A stretch of DNA of 64,000 nucleotides, from positions 24,676,001 through 24,740,000 of the forward strand of contig NC_043021.1 in NCBI RefSeq assembly GCF_006345805.1, given 5' to 3'. Positions 25,901-37,472 of this stretch are shown in pieces. Made by a program: the position numbers and the translations under genes. Numbering within the stretch: position 1 is the first letter of the stretch; each line of letters starts with the position of its first letter. The stretch is from Octopus sinensis (taxonomy: Eukaryota). The notes under the pieces were generated by a model. The model did not search any database, was not told where the DNA came from, and saw nothing but the letters and a program-made list of their open reading frames with translations.

Positions 25901-26608
25901 TGATGATACCAACCCACTTGACACCACCCCTGGTTCTGTGCTAAAGGGACCTTTCCATCAAAATGCCATCTTCATTTATGTTCCAAACAATGGCTTAACC
26001 CTTTTGATATCAACCTACCCAAGACTGCCTGTGATTCTTATATAAAGGGATCTACATTTAAATTTCCCATCAAAATTTGATATTAATTAATGTTTCAATT
26101 ACCTGCTTAAATTCTTTAGTATTTTCAAAATTAATTGTTATAAAGAAGGGGTCATTCAACAGAAATATGGTAACAAAAGGGTTAATAATCTATCTTTTAG
26201 TTCTTTCAGAGATCAGACTGCAGCCATGCTGGAGCACCACCTTGAGGAATTTTAGTCAAACAAATCAACACCAGTGTGTGCTTTTTTTTTAAAGTCTGAT
26301 ACTTATTCTATTGGTTTCTTTTTGACGAACTACTAAGTCGTGAGGCCACTGACAAGCTAACACTGGTTGCCAAATGGCATGGGGAACAGATATATATCAT
26401 CATCGTCGTTTAACGTCCGTTCTCCATGCTAGCATGGGTTGGACGGTTCGACCGGGTTCTGGGAAGCCAGAAGGCTGCACCAGGCTCCAGTCTAATTTGG
26501 CAATGTTTCTACAGCTGGATGCCCTCCTAACGCCAACCACTCCGTGAGTGTAGTGGGTGCTACATATATATATATGTAGTGGGTGTAGTGGGTGCTATAT
26601 ATATATAG

Positions 26609-26652
<44 letters not shown>

Positions 26653-29600
26653 GTGCACGCACGCACGCATCCACACACACACACAAAGGCTTCTTTGAGT
26701 TTCTGTCAACCAAACCTACTCACAAGGCTTTGATTGGCCCAAGGTTATAACAGAAGACATCTGCCCAAGGTGCCATGCAACAGGACAGAACCTGGAACAA
26801 TGTGGTTGGAAAGTAAACTTCATACCACACAGCTACACTTAATTATTTTCAACATTAATGGAATTATTTCAATAGAAATATCCTCATCATATGATTTAGC
26901 GTCCAGATTTTTCCAACATGTTCGTCCTGCAATGCCACTGATTAGTTCTGTTCACAGGTCAGAACTGACTGACCTTTGGCTATATAAGATGACTACCTGG
27001 CAGTTCAGTCTTTTGCATATTTGCATTTATTTTACAGGTGTTTGCTCAAAGCACCGGCAGCATTCATTTTACTAACCTGCGTTTTTGTAAAGATCATAGG
27101 CACCAACCCTACTTCTCATCTTGACTGCCTTTTAAAAATGATTACAGTGTTATTTCAGAGAGATTTACCTGCTGTATCTAACAAATGAAATGGTTATGTA
27201 AGAGGCCTTTTGATGGGTCAAAGAGATCCCTTTAAATAAAATGGTGTGTTTGACTCAAGTCACACCAACTCACCACAGTCAACTTTCTCTCTGATCTTAC
27301 AAATAAATTTATTTTTAAATACCCAGTTCTAATCTATTCTTGGCTGCAACCAAAATCCTCAAAGAAATAGTATCCAAGGAAGCATCAATAGCAAAGAGGA
27401 GCATACTTACGGTGTTGCCAAGAGCTTCATTGATGCTAGAGTGGGAACCGTCAGGAGCCCAGGCAATACACTCCACAACGTGTTCATGTTCACGCAGCTC
27501 TGCTTTGCATTCTGCAGTGGCAGCAACCCACACTCTCACAGTCTAAAAATAAAAGGAAATAATTAAATAAATAAATAAATATTGAAACTAGAGTCAAAGC
27601 AATAAAAAAATGTTTAATCATCATTACCTGATCATTTGAACAGCTAGCCAACAAGGAACCATCGGCACAAACCCGCACCATCCTAACCCACTCCCGATGG
27701 CCACAAAAAGTTTTCACACAATATCTGAAGAGAAGAAAATATAACCATTCAAAGAAAGACAAACAGAGAATACTGAAAGCACACACACACACACATAACC
27801 ATCATCATCATCATCACATTTAATGTCTACGTTCCATGCCGGTACAGGTTGGACAGTCTGATAGAATCTGATGGGTCTAAGGACTGCATCATGCTCCAGT
27901 GTCTGCTTTGGCAGGGTTTCTACGGCTCAATGCCCTTCCTAATGCCAATCGCATTACAGCACATATCTTATCGTTCCACCAGTATTAGTGAAGTCATAAC
28001 ACAGCTTGCATGACTATGAACCTTGAGTGGAGCAGGCCTTTTATGCTAAGACGATGAGAACAGTAAAGTATGAGAGAAAAGGGCCAGAGCAGATCGGGTT
28101 TCTGTAATATTGTCTAGTTTTTCATCTCCATTTTAAGTCTTTCCTGGGAAAATAGTGATTTCACGAACAGAAGCAACAGCCTAATACATCAAACTAGGAG
28201 CTCCTTCTATAATTCTTCATCAGGCATATAATTTAAAATGAAAATCTCCACTCCTACTTTCAAACCAAAATTTTAAACAGGATATCCTCAGTTCTTACCA
28301 GATTACTGATGAAATACACTTCCTTCATTTTAAGTTCGAAATGTTTGGAACATGAATTAACATGAAATTTTGATGGGAGATTTTTAAAAATTTAGATTGC
28401 TTTAAACTGGACGTCACAACCGTGTAAAATGGGTTCGTAATCAACAGTTAGAACTGCATGATTCTTTAACATACTATTTAAGAGCCTTAAATGCTGAGAG
28501 GGAAATGAGAGTGATGTAATAAATGACAAAATCCTCAAGTAATTAAAATTTCCCTCATAATTTTTTTTTTTTAAATCTAATAAGCAAATCTTATAGAGAA
28601 GGGGAGATAATTTCAAATTAAAAATTTCACAAAACTAAGAGAAATTTTCATCTTCACAGCAGAATGGGTACGTTTTGGTATTACTGAACCTGATCAACAT
28701 AGCTAGCCTATTCAAGTCTGCTTTAATTGAAGACGTTTTACATACTTTGAGATCTTAGTCTGTTGCAGCTGAGCTGACGGGATTTCCTCAACAGTCACTT
28801 CCCTTTAACAGACGTCTTGTTGCTTTTTTTAGTTCAAATAATTTCACTTAAGACTTTTACAATTCCATTTCTATTTAATCGATGATCATCACATCTTAAT
28901 GTCATTTTAATTTTGTCTTAAAATACCATTCCAAATCACTTTTAAAGTTCCCACTAAATAGATAAGAGTGATTGATATAGCAAACAAAAGTTTGAATGGA
29001 TTCTCAGCAAAGGCAGTGATGAAGTTTTTTTTACCTTTGAATCAGTTTCATGAGATTTATCTCCAAGTGAAATAGACATTTGGGTTAAAGACTATGTGAA
29101 AATATATTTATTAATCTTGTTTAATTAAAAATACATTTGTGTGTGTAAATTTAGATATGTGCATGAATAAAGAAGGGTGAAAATATTTTTGGAATCGAAA
29201 TTATTTTAAAGGTTTTTTATAGTTTCCCCAGTTATCCTTAAAATGAAATTCCTAAAGTGCAGCCCTTGATCTACTTAATGCCTATCAATACCAAATCAAT
29301 GAGAGAGGGAGCAATCCTAATAGCAACTGTACTTACCCCGTAGAAATTTCCCACATTTTTATAGTTTTGTCACGTGATGATGTGACAATGTGGTCTCCAC
29401 TAGGCATAAATGTTACGCTCGAAACATTATGGTCGTGTCCTGCAAGGAAGACAGTAAAGAGTAGCAATCGAGAGGGCAAAACAAGTTTCTTAACGGTCAC
29501 ACATCATCACTTTCGTCCTTTTAATGTCCACTTTTCCATGCTTTCAAGTGTTGGAGAGGAATTCATTGAGGCAGTGTCTTTCCTGTTGCCAATCTCCACC

Positions 29601-32600
29601 TGTTTCCAAGCAAGGTAACATTTCCTCATAGCCAGACATGCTTTCACACAAGACTGGAAATGAATGACACTGCTTGTATGACAGGGACTATCATTTACGA
29701 TTATCACACAATATCCCACGGAGACACAAACATACAAAAATAAACATACATACATACATATATATACCAGAGGGGAAGCAGATAAGAGAAAATTTGCCAA
29801 TGTCCTGTGCCGTGAGGATGAAAGACTTGAGGTATTTCGTGTTGCAAGACAGTGTGTGAGAGAGAATCGTGATGTGGTAGGAGAGAAATGTGTTCGCATG
29901 GAGGATGGTTCACTTGCGCTAAATGAGGATGCAAAGAGAGAAGCTTGGAGACGCCACTATGAAAGGTTGCTAATGAGGAAAATGAATGGGATAAAGAGAG
30001 TCTGCCGAATGTTGACCCTACAGAGGGACCAGCTATCCGAGTTGATAGTTCCGTGGTAGCTAAGGCAATTAGAAGCATGAAGACAGGGAAAGCCCCAGGC
30101 CCATCAGGAATTACTGCAGAGATGCTGAAAATATCTGGCAGTGTCGGCTATAACCTAGTCACCCGTATAGTCAACCAGGTGATACACGAAGGAGTCATAC
30201 CCAATGACTGGTGCAGCAGCATACTAGTCAACTGCTACAAAGGTAAAGGTGATGCCCTAGATACAAATAATTACAGAGGTATCAAGCTGTTGGATCAAGT
30301 AATGAAGGTTACGGAGAGGGTCATAGCCCAACTAATTAGAGAGAGAGTTAGTTTAGATGAGATGCAGTTTGGGTTCGTGCCAGGGAAAAGTACCACTGAT
30401 GCTATATTCCTGGTAAGGCAGCTGCAGGAGAAATACCTAGCCAAAGATAAGCCCCTGTACCTGGCTTTCGTTGACATGGAGAAAGCTTTTGATAGGGTCC
30501 CCCGATCCCTTATCTGGTGGTCAATGAGGAAACTAGGGATAGATGAATGGCTGGTGAGGACTGTGCAAGCCATGTACAGAGATGCCGTAAGTAAGGTTAG
30601 GGTTGGCAACATGTACACAGAAGAATTCAAAGTAGAGGTTGGGGTCCACCAGGGTTCAGTACTCAGCCCCTCCTATTTATCATAGTACTCCAGGCAATTA
30701 CGGAGGAATTCAAGACAGGCTGTCCCTGGGAGCTCCTCTACGCTGACGACCTTGCTCTTATTGCTGAGTCACTATCAGAACTGGAGGAGAAGTTCCAGGT
30801 GTGGAAGGAGGGTTTAGAATCAAGGGGCCTTAGAGTCAACCTAGCTAAAACCAAAGTACTAATAAGTAGGAAGGTAGACAATCCACAATATCTTCAGGAA
30901 GATGGCCCTGCTCGATCTGTAGAAAAGGTGTAGGTAGAAACTCTATAAGATGTACCCAGTGTAAGCTATGGACACATAAGAGGTGCAGCAATGTCAAAGG
31001 TAGGCTAACTGGGAAGATAGTTTTTGTATGTGGCAGATGCTCGGGAGCATTAACCTCCGAAAATCTGCAGAAAACAACTTCCGTCACTTTCCAGGGGGAA
31101 AAACTAGAAGTAGTTGATAGCTTCCGTTATCTAGGTGACCAAGTCAGTAGTGGGGGTGGGTGCGCTGAAAGTGTAACTGCTAGAATAAGAACAGCCTGGG
31201 CAAAGTTTAGGGAGCTCTTACCTCTGCTGGTGACTAAACGCCTCTCGCTCAGAGTAAAAGGCAGACTGTATGATGCGTGTGTACGAACAGCCATGCTACA
31301 TGGCAGCGAAACATGGGCCGTGACTGCTGAGGACATGCGTAAGCTCGTGAGGAATGAAGCCAGTATGCTCCGATGGATGTGTAATGTCAGTGTACATACT
31401 CGACAGAGCGTTAGCACCTTGAGAGAAATGTTGTACCTAAGAAGCATCAGTTGTGGTGTGCAAGAGAGACGATTGCGCTGGTATGGTCATGTGGCGAGAA
31501 TGGATGAAGATAGGTGTGTGAGAAAGTGCCAATCCCTAGCAGTTGAGGGAACCCGTGGAAGAGGTAGACCCAGGAAAACCTGGGACGAGGTGGTGAAGCA
31601 CGACCTTCGAACTTTAGGCCTCACTGAGGAAATGACCAGCGACCGAGACCTTTGGAAATATTCTGTACGTGAGAAGACCAGGCAGGACAAGTGAGCCCAG
31701 CCCACTTATGAATGCCTTTCCTCCCTTGGACACAAAGACCTGTTGAGGCAAGCGAAGTCGATATAGAACCTCATCCGACGACAGACACCCATGCCAACCC
31801 CCCATGCTTGCGAAGACATGTTGGGGCAAGCGAAACCGAATTGAACCAGCCAGGATCCCTGGCCTGGTGGTACGTAAAAAGCACTATCCGACTCGTGGCC
31901 GTGGCACGTAAAATACTCCAATGCGACCGTATGACAGGCACCCATGCCAACCCCCTTTGCTTGTGAAGACATGTTGGGGCAAGCGAAATCGAAATCGAAT
32001 TGAACCAGCCAGGATCCCTGGTCTGGTGGTACGTAAAAGCACTATCCGACTCGTGGCCGTGGCACGTAAAATACTCCAATGCGACCGTACGACAGGCACC
32101 CATGCCAACCCCCTTTGCTTGTGAAGACATGTTGGGGAAATCGAAATCGAAATCGAATTGAACCAGCCAGGATCCCTGGTCTGGTGGTACATAAAAAGCA
32201 CTATCCGACTCGTGGCCGATGCCAGCACCGCCTCGACTGGCTTCCGTGCCGGTGGCACATAAAATACACCAATCTGACCGTGGCCATTGCCAGCCTCGCC
32301 TGGCACCTGTGCAGGTGGCACGTAAAAAGCACCCACTACACTCACGGAGTGGTTGGCGTTAGGAAGGGCATCAAGCTGTAGAAACATTGCCAGATTAGAC
32401 TGGAGCCTGGTGCAGCCTTCTGGCTTCCCAGAACCCCGGTCGAACCATCCAACCCATGCTAGCATGGAGAACGGACGTTAAACGATGATGATGATGATAA
32501 CATGCACACAGAGTTTCCATACACCAAATCCACTCACAAGGTTTGATCAGTCCAGCCAGAAGACACTTGCCAAAGGTACCTTGCAGTGAAACTGAACCTG

Positions 32601-35600
32601 AAACCATGAGATTAGGAAGCAAACTTCTTAACCACATGGCCAAACCTAACCCAAATATAAACAAGTGAAGTAAAAAATTAAAGGAAGTTCTCCATTTCAG
32701 CGTTGGGTGTGTTGCTTGTACAACATCAGTTTACAAGAATGAAGCTAAAGCAGGATGAATGGAAGGAGATGAGGCAGATGGCATCAAAGACATTTGACAT
32801 GGTTATGTCCATATGAATGGGTGACTCTTATTGTGAGGGGAAGTTACAGGCTCACAGTAGAATATGAATATGTTCCATGGAGGAGAAAGACCAAGGAAGA
32901 AGATAGGAGAAACAGCAAACATCAGAACACTCATAGATGAACAGGCATCTAAGGAAAAGGAATGGCACTGTGTGTAAACAGACTCGTTCAACTGCTACCA
33001 GCAAGAAAAACTAAAGTTATAAGGGTGCTGAACAATCTCTTGCGTACAGAAGTAAAAAGCGAACAAAGCAGAGTGTGTGTGTGTGTGTGCGTGATAAATC
33101 ATTCAAGAAAGCAAAAACTGCTGTTCAACTTCAATGTCTGTAAAGAAATTACTGGCAGACAAACTAAAAATCAGACAAAGTATCTAGGACCAAACAGGTG
33201 CAATTTGAGGGAGATTTGGCTGCTATTTCTACCAGGTCTGGCATCAGAGGAGAGAGAGATAAAATACAAAAAGTGGAAAAGGAATAAGAGAGACAACTTA
33301 CCGTGCATAGTTCTGATACAATCATAACCATTGAAATCCCAGAGTTTTATAGACATATCAGCTGAACAGGAGGCTGAAATATTCAAGAAAAAGATTAAGG
33401 TTTTCAAGAATAAAGAAGTTTAATAATTGTCATAATATCATCTTCACACCAGCAAAACAAACTTACCTGACATGGAAATATACAATAGATACTTTTTACT
33501 GAAGCTTTACTGAACAACAAAAACATGGCTCAAAATGAACCACATTTAAACAACACTGAAAACAAGTTGTGTTGAAACAAGATTCAGAAATCTGTGTTTA
33601 AACCAAGACATAAATCTTAAGTCGGGAATAAACAAAGTGGCTTGTGAAGCAAAATACTTTCTCTTATTTAATTAGATTGAAAACTTTCACATGTGAATTT
33701 GAGTTGTGTTGAAGTAATGAGTTAAAAAAACAAAAAAAAAACCTGTTTTATATTCGAAATGTGTAAAATTTCACACAAACATAGACATGTGTTGTACATG
33801 AGTGCAGAGAAGTGAAAGGTTTCACACACAAGACTGTTGCATTAAAATGAGATACAATTTCACATCTGCTTATTATGTTGTTTTAAAGTGAAGACAAAAC
33901 ATCAATCCTTCTCTCTCACTCACACACACCAATATATTAATTAAAGAATGGGAAGTACTAACCCAGCAGTTTTCCAGTGTGATCAAAAGCGATATCCTGA
34001 ACAGAGTCTGTATGTCCTTTTAATGATCTTTCATAATCCCCAGTCTCGAAATCCCACACCTGGAAAAACAAAAACAAAACACTTCAGTAAATAATTAACA
34101 TTCCATTGAGCAGATTACTCACAGGTAGTAAAAAAAAAAATAATATTTCTGAAGTCCGTTTAATTGATTGGTCAGTTCAGGACACTGGACTTGATATCTT
34201 CCTTATTTTCAGGGGATCATCATTTGATATTCAGCTTTCCCTGCTTGCAGAGGTCAGGCAGAATTTGTTGAGGCAAATTTTTCTAGGACCTGTCACCAAC
34301 CTTGTCCTATTTCCAAGCAAGGTAAATGGCCAGACAAGTTTTTACACAGAAGATTGGAAATGAATGACATCCCTTGTATGATGGTGATGTTTATTTACAA
34401 TCAGTATGTCATGTGGAGACAAAGGGGTGCATACACGCACGGAGTTTCCATCTACCAAATCTACTCACAAAGCTTTGGTCAACCTGGGACTACAGTAAAC
34501 GATACTCGTCGAATGTGCCACACAGTAGGACTGAACCAATCTTCTGTGTAAAAACTTGTCTCTGGTTCAGAAAGAAAGCGTCTTAACCACACAGCCATAC
34601 CTGCAACTTACACTTATATAAAATTAGCAATCCATTGTTCCAAAGCTGAACATTTCAGGTGATGAATGGTCTTTGGGAACAAATTAAATTCATAAATTAA
34701 AGTTCCACTGTATATGGTGGGGTGTCTGAATTCAGTCACTTCATGAGAAATCATAAATTTCTAAAATGTTGCCATGGGAACTCACAGAGGAACACAACTA
34801 GCCACAAGGTTACTATCAAGTTCCAGAATTATGCGGGTTTTGCTTAAACACTTTTTCTAAGTGCTTTCTGATTAACTTGAGAGCAATGCTTTCTCTGTGA
34901 AGGGCAGTAAAGTCATGAAGTGCTGCTGAATTTCCATTGCCATAGAAAAGAAGCAACTCTGTGCAGGTTGACAATTTTATTCATCCAGCTGAACAAGCTC
35001 CCAATTTTGCTACATGACTGTCATCCTCAGAAGGTTTACCAACATGTTCCTGAAGGGTTTCAAATTGATTAGAGAGAGCGAAACATGCACTGAACAACAT
35101 TCCCGTTTCAGATAGAATACCTTCCTCTCATTGATCCAGTTTTGGCTGGGATGACCAGAAGCAGACCAATCTTCAGATTTTACATCAGAGTATTATTCTC
35201 TTTAAGTAGATGCTCTAACAAAACACCTAGGGTCCATCACTCCCAGGGGGTCACATGTCACATTCACCATTGAAAGTATTTCCCTGTTTCTGTGCAATTT
35301 GCTAGGGAGTCACTGACCCTACATTAGATTCGTCTGTTATTCTGACAGATGTTCTTCTTGTTCCACTGGCTGCAGTAGTGACCCTCCTCCTCCTCCTCCT
35401 CACTGGGTATTTTAGTCCCTGCCAACCTGTCCGTGCAACAGGTTGAATCAGACAACATGTTCCCAGTAGCTAATACAAACCTGTACACACAATTACATCT
35501 CTACCGCATCCTTTAATCAGCCAATTCACAGATTACAAAACCACACAGGGAAGGGCTTTGCATTTACCTTAGATTATTATTATTTCCTTTGGACATCACC

Positions 35601-36890
35601 AACAATTAGATCTCACAATTATTACAAAATCTGTCAGCTGCTTTCCTCCTCCTCTTCTTCTAGCCTGACTTTACAGAAGAGAACAACTGCCAAGGTGAGT
35701 GACCAAACAAACACAATTAAGGGACTTTTAACTTTTGTTTCAGTCATTGAATTGTGGCCATGCTGGAGCACTGCCTTGAAAAGTTTTAAGTCAAACAGAT
35801 TGCCCTCCCCACCACCACCACTACCACTACTAGTCCCAATACTTAATTTGGTATTTATTCTGACTTTTGTTGTACCACTAAGTTATGGGGACATAAACCA
35901 ATACCAACTGCTAGGTGGGGGGGGGCCCAAACGCACACACACACCACGACAGACTTCCACACAGTTTCCATCAACCAAGTTCACAAAACATTTGCTGGCC
36001 CAGGGTTAGAGTAGACAGACAAAATTTTTTTTTTAATTCCTAAGGCTACAAACATGATGGTGATGGTTTTACTCTTGGGAAGAACAGGAATAAAAATGAA
36101 GATTTTACTTTTCCCAAACTCTTGCAGAGTCCAAGAACCTCAAACGGACAGACAGACAGTCTGACGGATTCACAGCAGAACATCAGATCCTCTTACCTTA
36201 ATGGTGGCGTCTTCACTTGCAGACACAAGTAAACTGTATAGTGGATGAAATAAGACTTTGGTAATTGGGCTTCTGTGGCCTTTTAATTCATATCTTTCTG
36301 GGGGTCTAGGGATCCATTCTGTAGGACTTCTGTTGCCACGAGTCGGGGCTCCGGCATTCACCTCTTTCTCCGCTTCAACTAATTTTGATTCAAGGTCCAT
36401 CACCTAAAACAACAACAATACAGGATATGAAAGCAACGGCAGGACTGCCACGCATGCACACACTCACACACACACACATATACTCTTTTACTTGTTTCAG
36501 CCATTTGACTGCAGCCATGCTGGAGCACCACCTTTAATCAAGGAAATTGACCCCAGGACTTATTCTTTGTAAGCCTAGTACTTACTCTATTGGTCTCTTT
36601 TGCCAAACAAGCGATGTGGGGGGGGGAACAAACACAGATACAAACACACACACGCATATATATATACATACATATATACGACGAGCTTCTTTCAGTTTCC
36701 GTCTACAAAATCCACTCGCAAGGCTTTGGTCGGCCCGAGGCTACAGTAGAGGACACTTGTCCAAGGTGCCACACAATGGGACTGAACCTGGAACCATATG
36801 TGGTTGGTAAGCAAGCTACTTACCACACAGCCACTCCTGCGCCTAAATATAAACAAAAGTGAAATACCATTAAGCATTTCATCCAGCTCG

Positions 36891-36924
<34 letters not shown>

Positions 36925-37202
36925 TTTATTTAAGCAGCAGAAAATTCAACAAAATCTGTTACTCTGAGTTTCTCGTTGCCGTTCATCAGACAGTTTTTGC
37001 TAGAATGGAACCGATATATCATTCAATCTAGATTGAATTGATATATCGGTTCCATTCTAGCAAAAACTGTCTGATGAACGGCAACGAGAAACTCAGAGTA
37101 ACAGATTTTGTTGAATTTTCTGCTGCTTTAAATAAAGCATATTACTCTACCACTGTATTTGAGTACTCTTTTCCACCTTGTTTCACATTATGCGTTTACT
37201 CC

Positions 37203-37272
<70 letters not shown>

Positions 37273-37280
37273 ATATATAT

Positions 37281-37311
<31 letters not shown>

Positions 37312-37416
37312 ATGATNNNNNNNNNNNNNNNNNNNNNNNNNNNNNNNNNNNNNNNNNNNNNNNNNNNNNNNNNNNNNNNNNNNNNNNNNNNNNNNNNNNN
37401 NNNNNNNNNNNNNNNN

Positions 37417-37472
<56 letters not shown>

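Larger units (their letters stand above)
29767..32498 (+). mobile_element. 5'-truncated RTE-clade non-LTR retrotransposon (LINE), antisense in a LIS1 intron
   Basis: RT motifs [55 protein letters not shown]; RTE-typical C-terminus [12 protein letters not shown]...[10 protein letters not shown]; about 800-bp 3' UTR ending in (GAT)n. Starts mid-ORF and has no endonuclease domain. Confidence 0.93.
36921..37204. mobile_element. Near-perfect about 220-bp palindrome with paired hammerheads, inserted in (TA)n within a LIS1 intron
   Basis: Symmetry centre TCT|AGA at 37029/37030 with no loop; arms run to about 36921 and 37140 with two 1-nt indels and one mismatch; unpaired tail 37141-37204; (TA)n on both flanks. 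Confidence 0.8.

Noticed and set aside
28305-28356. CTGATGA...CGAAA hammerhead-like spacing
   Set aside because: The cleavage triplet would end in G, stem I does not pair and stem II is poor; it lies in an AT-rich MITE-like repeat, so probably chance.
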